From NCBI GenBank assembly GCA_964106915.2, contig OZ066916.1: a stretch of 64,000 nt of DNA; one strand, written 5' to 3'. Both the position numbers and the translations under genes were made by a program. A model generated the notes under the pieces. It did not search any database. It was not told where the DNA came from and saw only the letters and a program-made list of their open reading frames with translations. How positions within the stretch are numbered: the stretch's first letter is position 1; every line of letters begins with the position of its first letter. The DNA comes from Podarcis gaigeae. Lineage: Eukaryota. Below, one piece after another: positions 62,301-64,000 of the stretch.

Positions 62301-63520
62301 CTAGAAAAATGGAGAAACAGAAAACAATGAAGCAACCATATGCGATACACAGATGAATAGTCATAATCTCACAGCACACTTCTAACCACAGTGTACTCAA
62401 AAATAAGTCCTCTTTAATTCAACAAGGCTTACTCCTAGGTGCATGGGTTAGGACTGCAGCTTGTGATCACAACTCTACAATCACACTTATTTCTCAGTAA
62501 TTCTCCCCTCACTATCCAGGATTAAGGTTGTTTTCAAACAAGGATGATTAGGGCAAGAGGGACTTTTCACAAAAAGAAGGCGATTACTCCCTTTCCTCAG
62601 CATTCTTCAGCAACTTTACTGTACCCTCCAGCTCACTCTCACACCTCACTGATCACCTATATGGCAAATGTCTATGCTTCTCTCTCTACGAACCAGGCCA
62701 GATCCTGTACACCCCACACAAGAGAAGTATGGAGGGTAGTCACATGAGAATGGGCCTTTTCTATGGAATGCTATTCCCAGGGAGATATGCTTGGCACACT
62801 CTGTCAGTTTTTAGGCACCAGGATGAGACTTTTCTGTTTACTCAGGTCTTCAATTAATACTGCCCTCTGTGGTGGTGCTGATCTTTAGGACTTTGTTCTC
62901 ATTAATTCATTGTTAGATGAGCATTCTATGCCTTTTGTATTGTTCGCTTTAAAAAAAAATCATCTCTGGTTTTAAATTGTTTTTAGAAGCTGCATTTTTG
63001 ATAAGTGACGGATAAATTAAATAAAAATAATAATGAAGCCATCACGTTTACATTACCTTCACCCTCCCCATTCTCACCTGCCTGCAGACTGCCAACCCTA
63101 ACAACCTAGAGCAAACTTTTCACTTTGTTATGAATATCAGTATCAATTCAATACATGGTCCTTCCCTACACAAAGCATGGGTAGGGAAACTGAGGCCAGG
63201 GGCCAAATGCAGCCTTCTACACCTCTCCATCTGGCCCTCAAAACTCTCCCCAGGCCACATCCCTCTCTGTACATAAGCAGTAAGCAGTTTTGCTTACTGC
63301 TTATGCCTGGCTAGAATGTGCACTTGAACCATGATAACACCTTTTGCTTGTCCGGATGGAGGACACAGAGGGGTGTGTGAATGGGTGTAGAAATCAGCCT
63401 ACTGTACAAAGGTAAAATTTACATTAGTTGTTCTGCCCCCCAAACCCAAAGTTCAGATAAGCAGGAGAGGTGAGGATGGCAGATGGTTCAAAAGCTGTAA
63501 ACAGAAGAACCTGTTCGTAC

Positions 63521-63627
63521 TGAGTTTTCTTCAGGAGTCCTTTCGCGTCCAACATCTTTAAGACTTCTTGGCTTTTCTCCTGGTAGAATGATTCTCCAGA
63601 ATATTCATCAAAGCACACTCCCAGGCG
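63521..63627 (-). CDS. RARS2: RARS2 exon ([35 protein letters not shown])
   Basis: CAG/GTACG flanks, phase 0-2; FDEYSGES motif. Confidence 0.94.
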
Positions 63628-63839
63628 CTGAATGGCCCCACCAGGACAAAAGGAAAACAGAGTTACCATGAGACAAAGACGACCTTAATTTCTGTATGTG
63701 TGTCATTCTGAATCAAGGTGGCGAACTGAACTTTTGAAACCATACTGATTTTGTGTGCTTCTTAGAATTCCCAAGCAATGCCAGATGTGAGGCTGCTAGT
63801 GATATATAAATACTGAAAAAAATGGACCCGAGTTAGCAC

Positions 63840-63998
63840 CTTGTACATCCGAGCATAGTCGTCAATGCTAATGTCTCTAAAATGTTGCCACAATGACACG
63901 GCTTGTTCTTCACGTGCCTCCAATCTTTTAAAGAAATCTTGCGCCAGCTTTTTAATGTTCTCCTCCTCTTCTGATGCTTTATTGGCCTGTACATAAAC
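63840..63998 (-). CDS. RARS2: RARS2 exon (VYVQANK...WQHFRDISIDDYARMYK); gene continues beyond the window
   Basis: Acceptor AG at 64000-63999, donor GTGCTA, 53 codons. Confidence 0.92.
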
Positions 63999-64000
63999 CT

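Overview
Eukaryotic genomic DNA, inferred to be from a squamate reptile (lizard) because of its Sauria SINEs and CR1/L2/L1/hAT/Tigger-type repeats. The window holds the block syntenic with human 6q15: SMIM8 (+, 2 coding exons, 97 aa), C6orf163 (+, 5 exons, 324 aa), CFAP206 (+, 12 coding exons, 622 aa), SLC35A1 (+, 8 exons, 338 aa) and the last 12 exons of RARS2 (-, running off the right edge, tail-to-tail with SLC35A1). Exons were built by hand from splice sites and phase continuity; gene names rest on recalled human orthologue sequences, not a database search. Introns and intergenic DNA are dense in transposons, several with intact TSDs. I see no convincing new multi-gene system. The most notable signals are: degenerate Penelope-type hammerhead ribozyme motifs; a GC-AG intron in RARS2; a perfect RFX X-box whose ATG can splice in frame to CFAP206; a TG..CA/TSD element carrying an Arg-rich ORF; a young L1 next to the SLC35A1 promoter; a 99-bp templated duplication with L2 filler; a MITE inside the SMIM8 promoter; and seven co-oriented Tigger-like MITEs.
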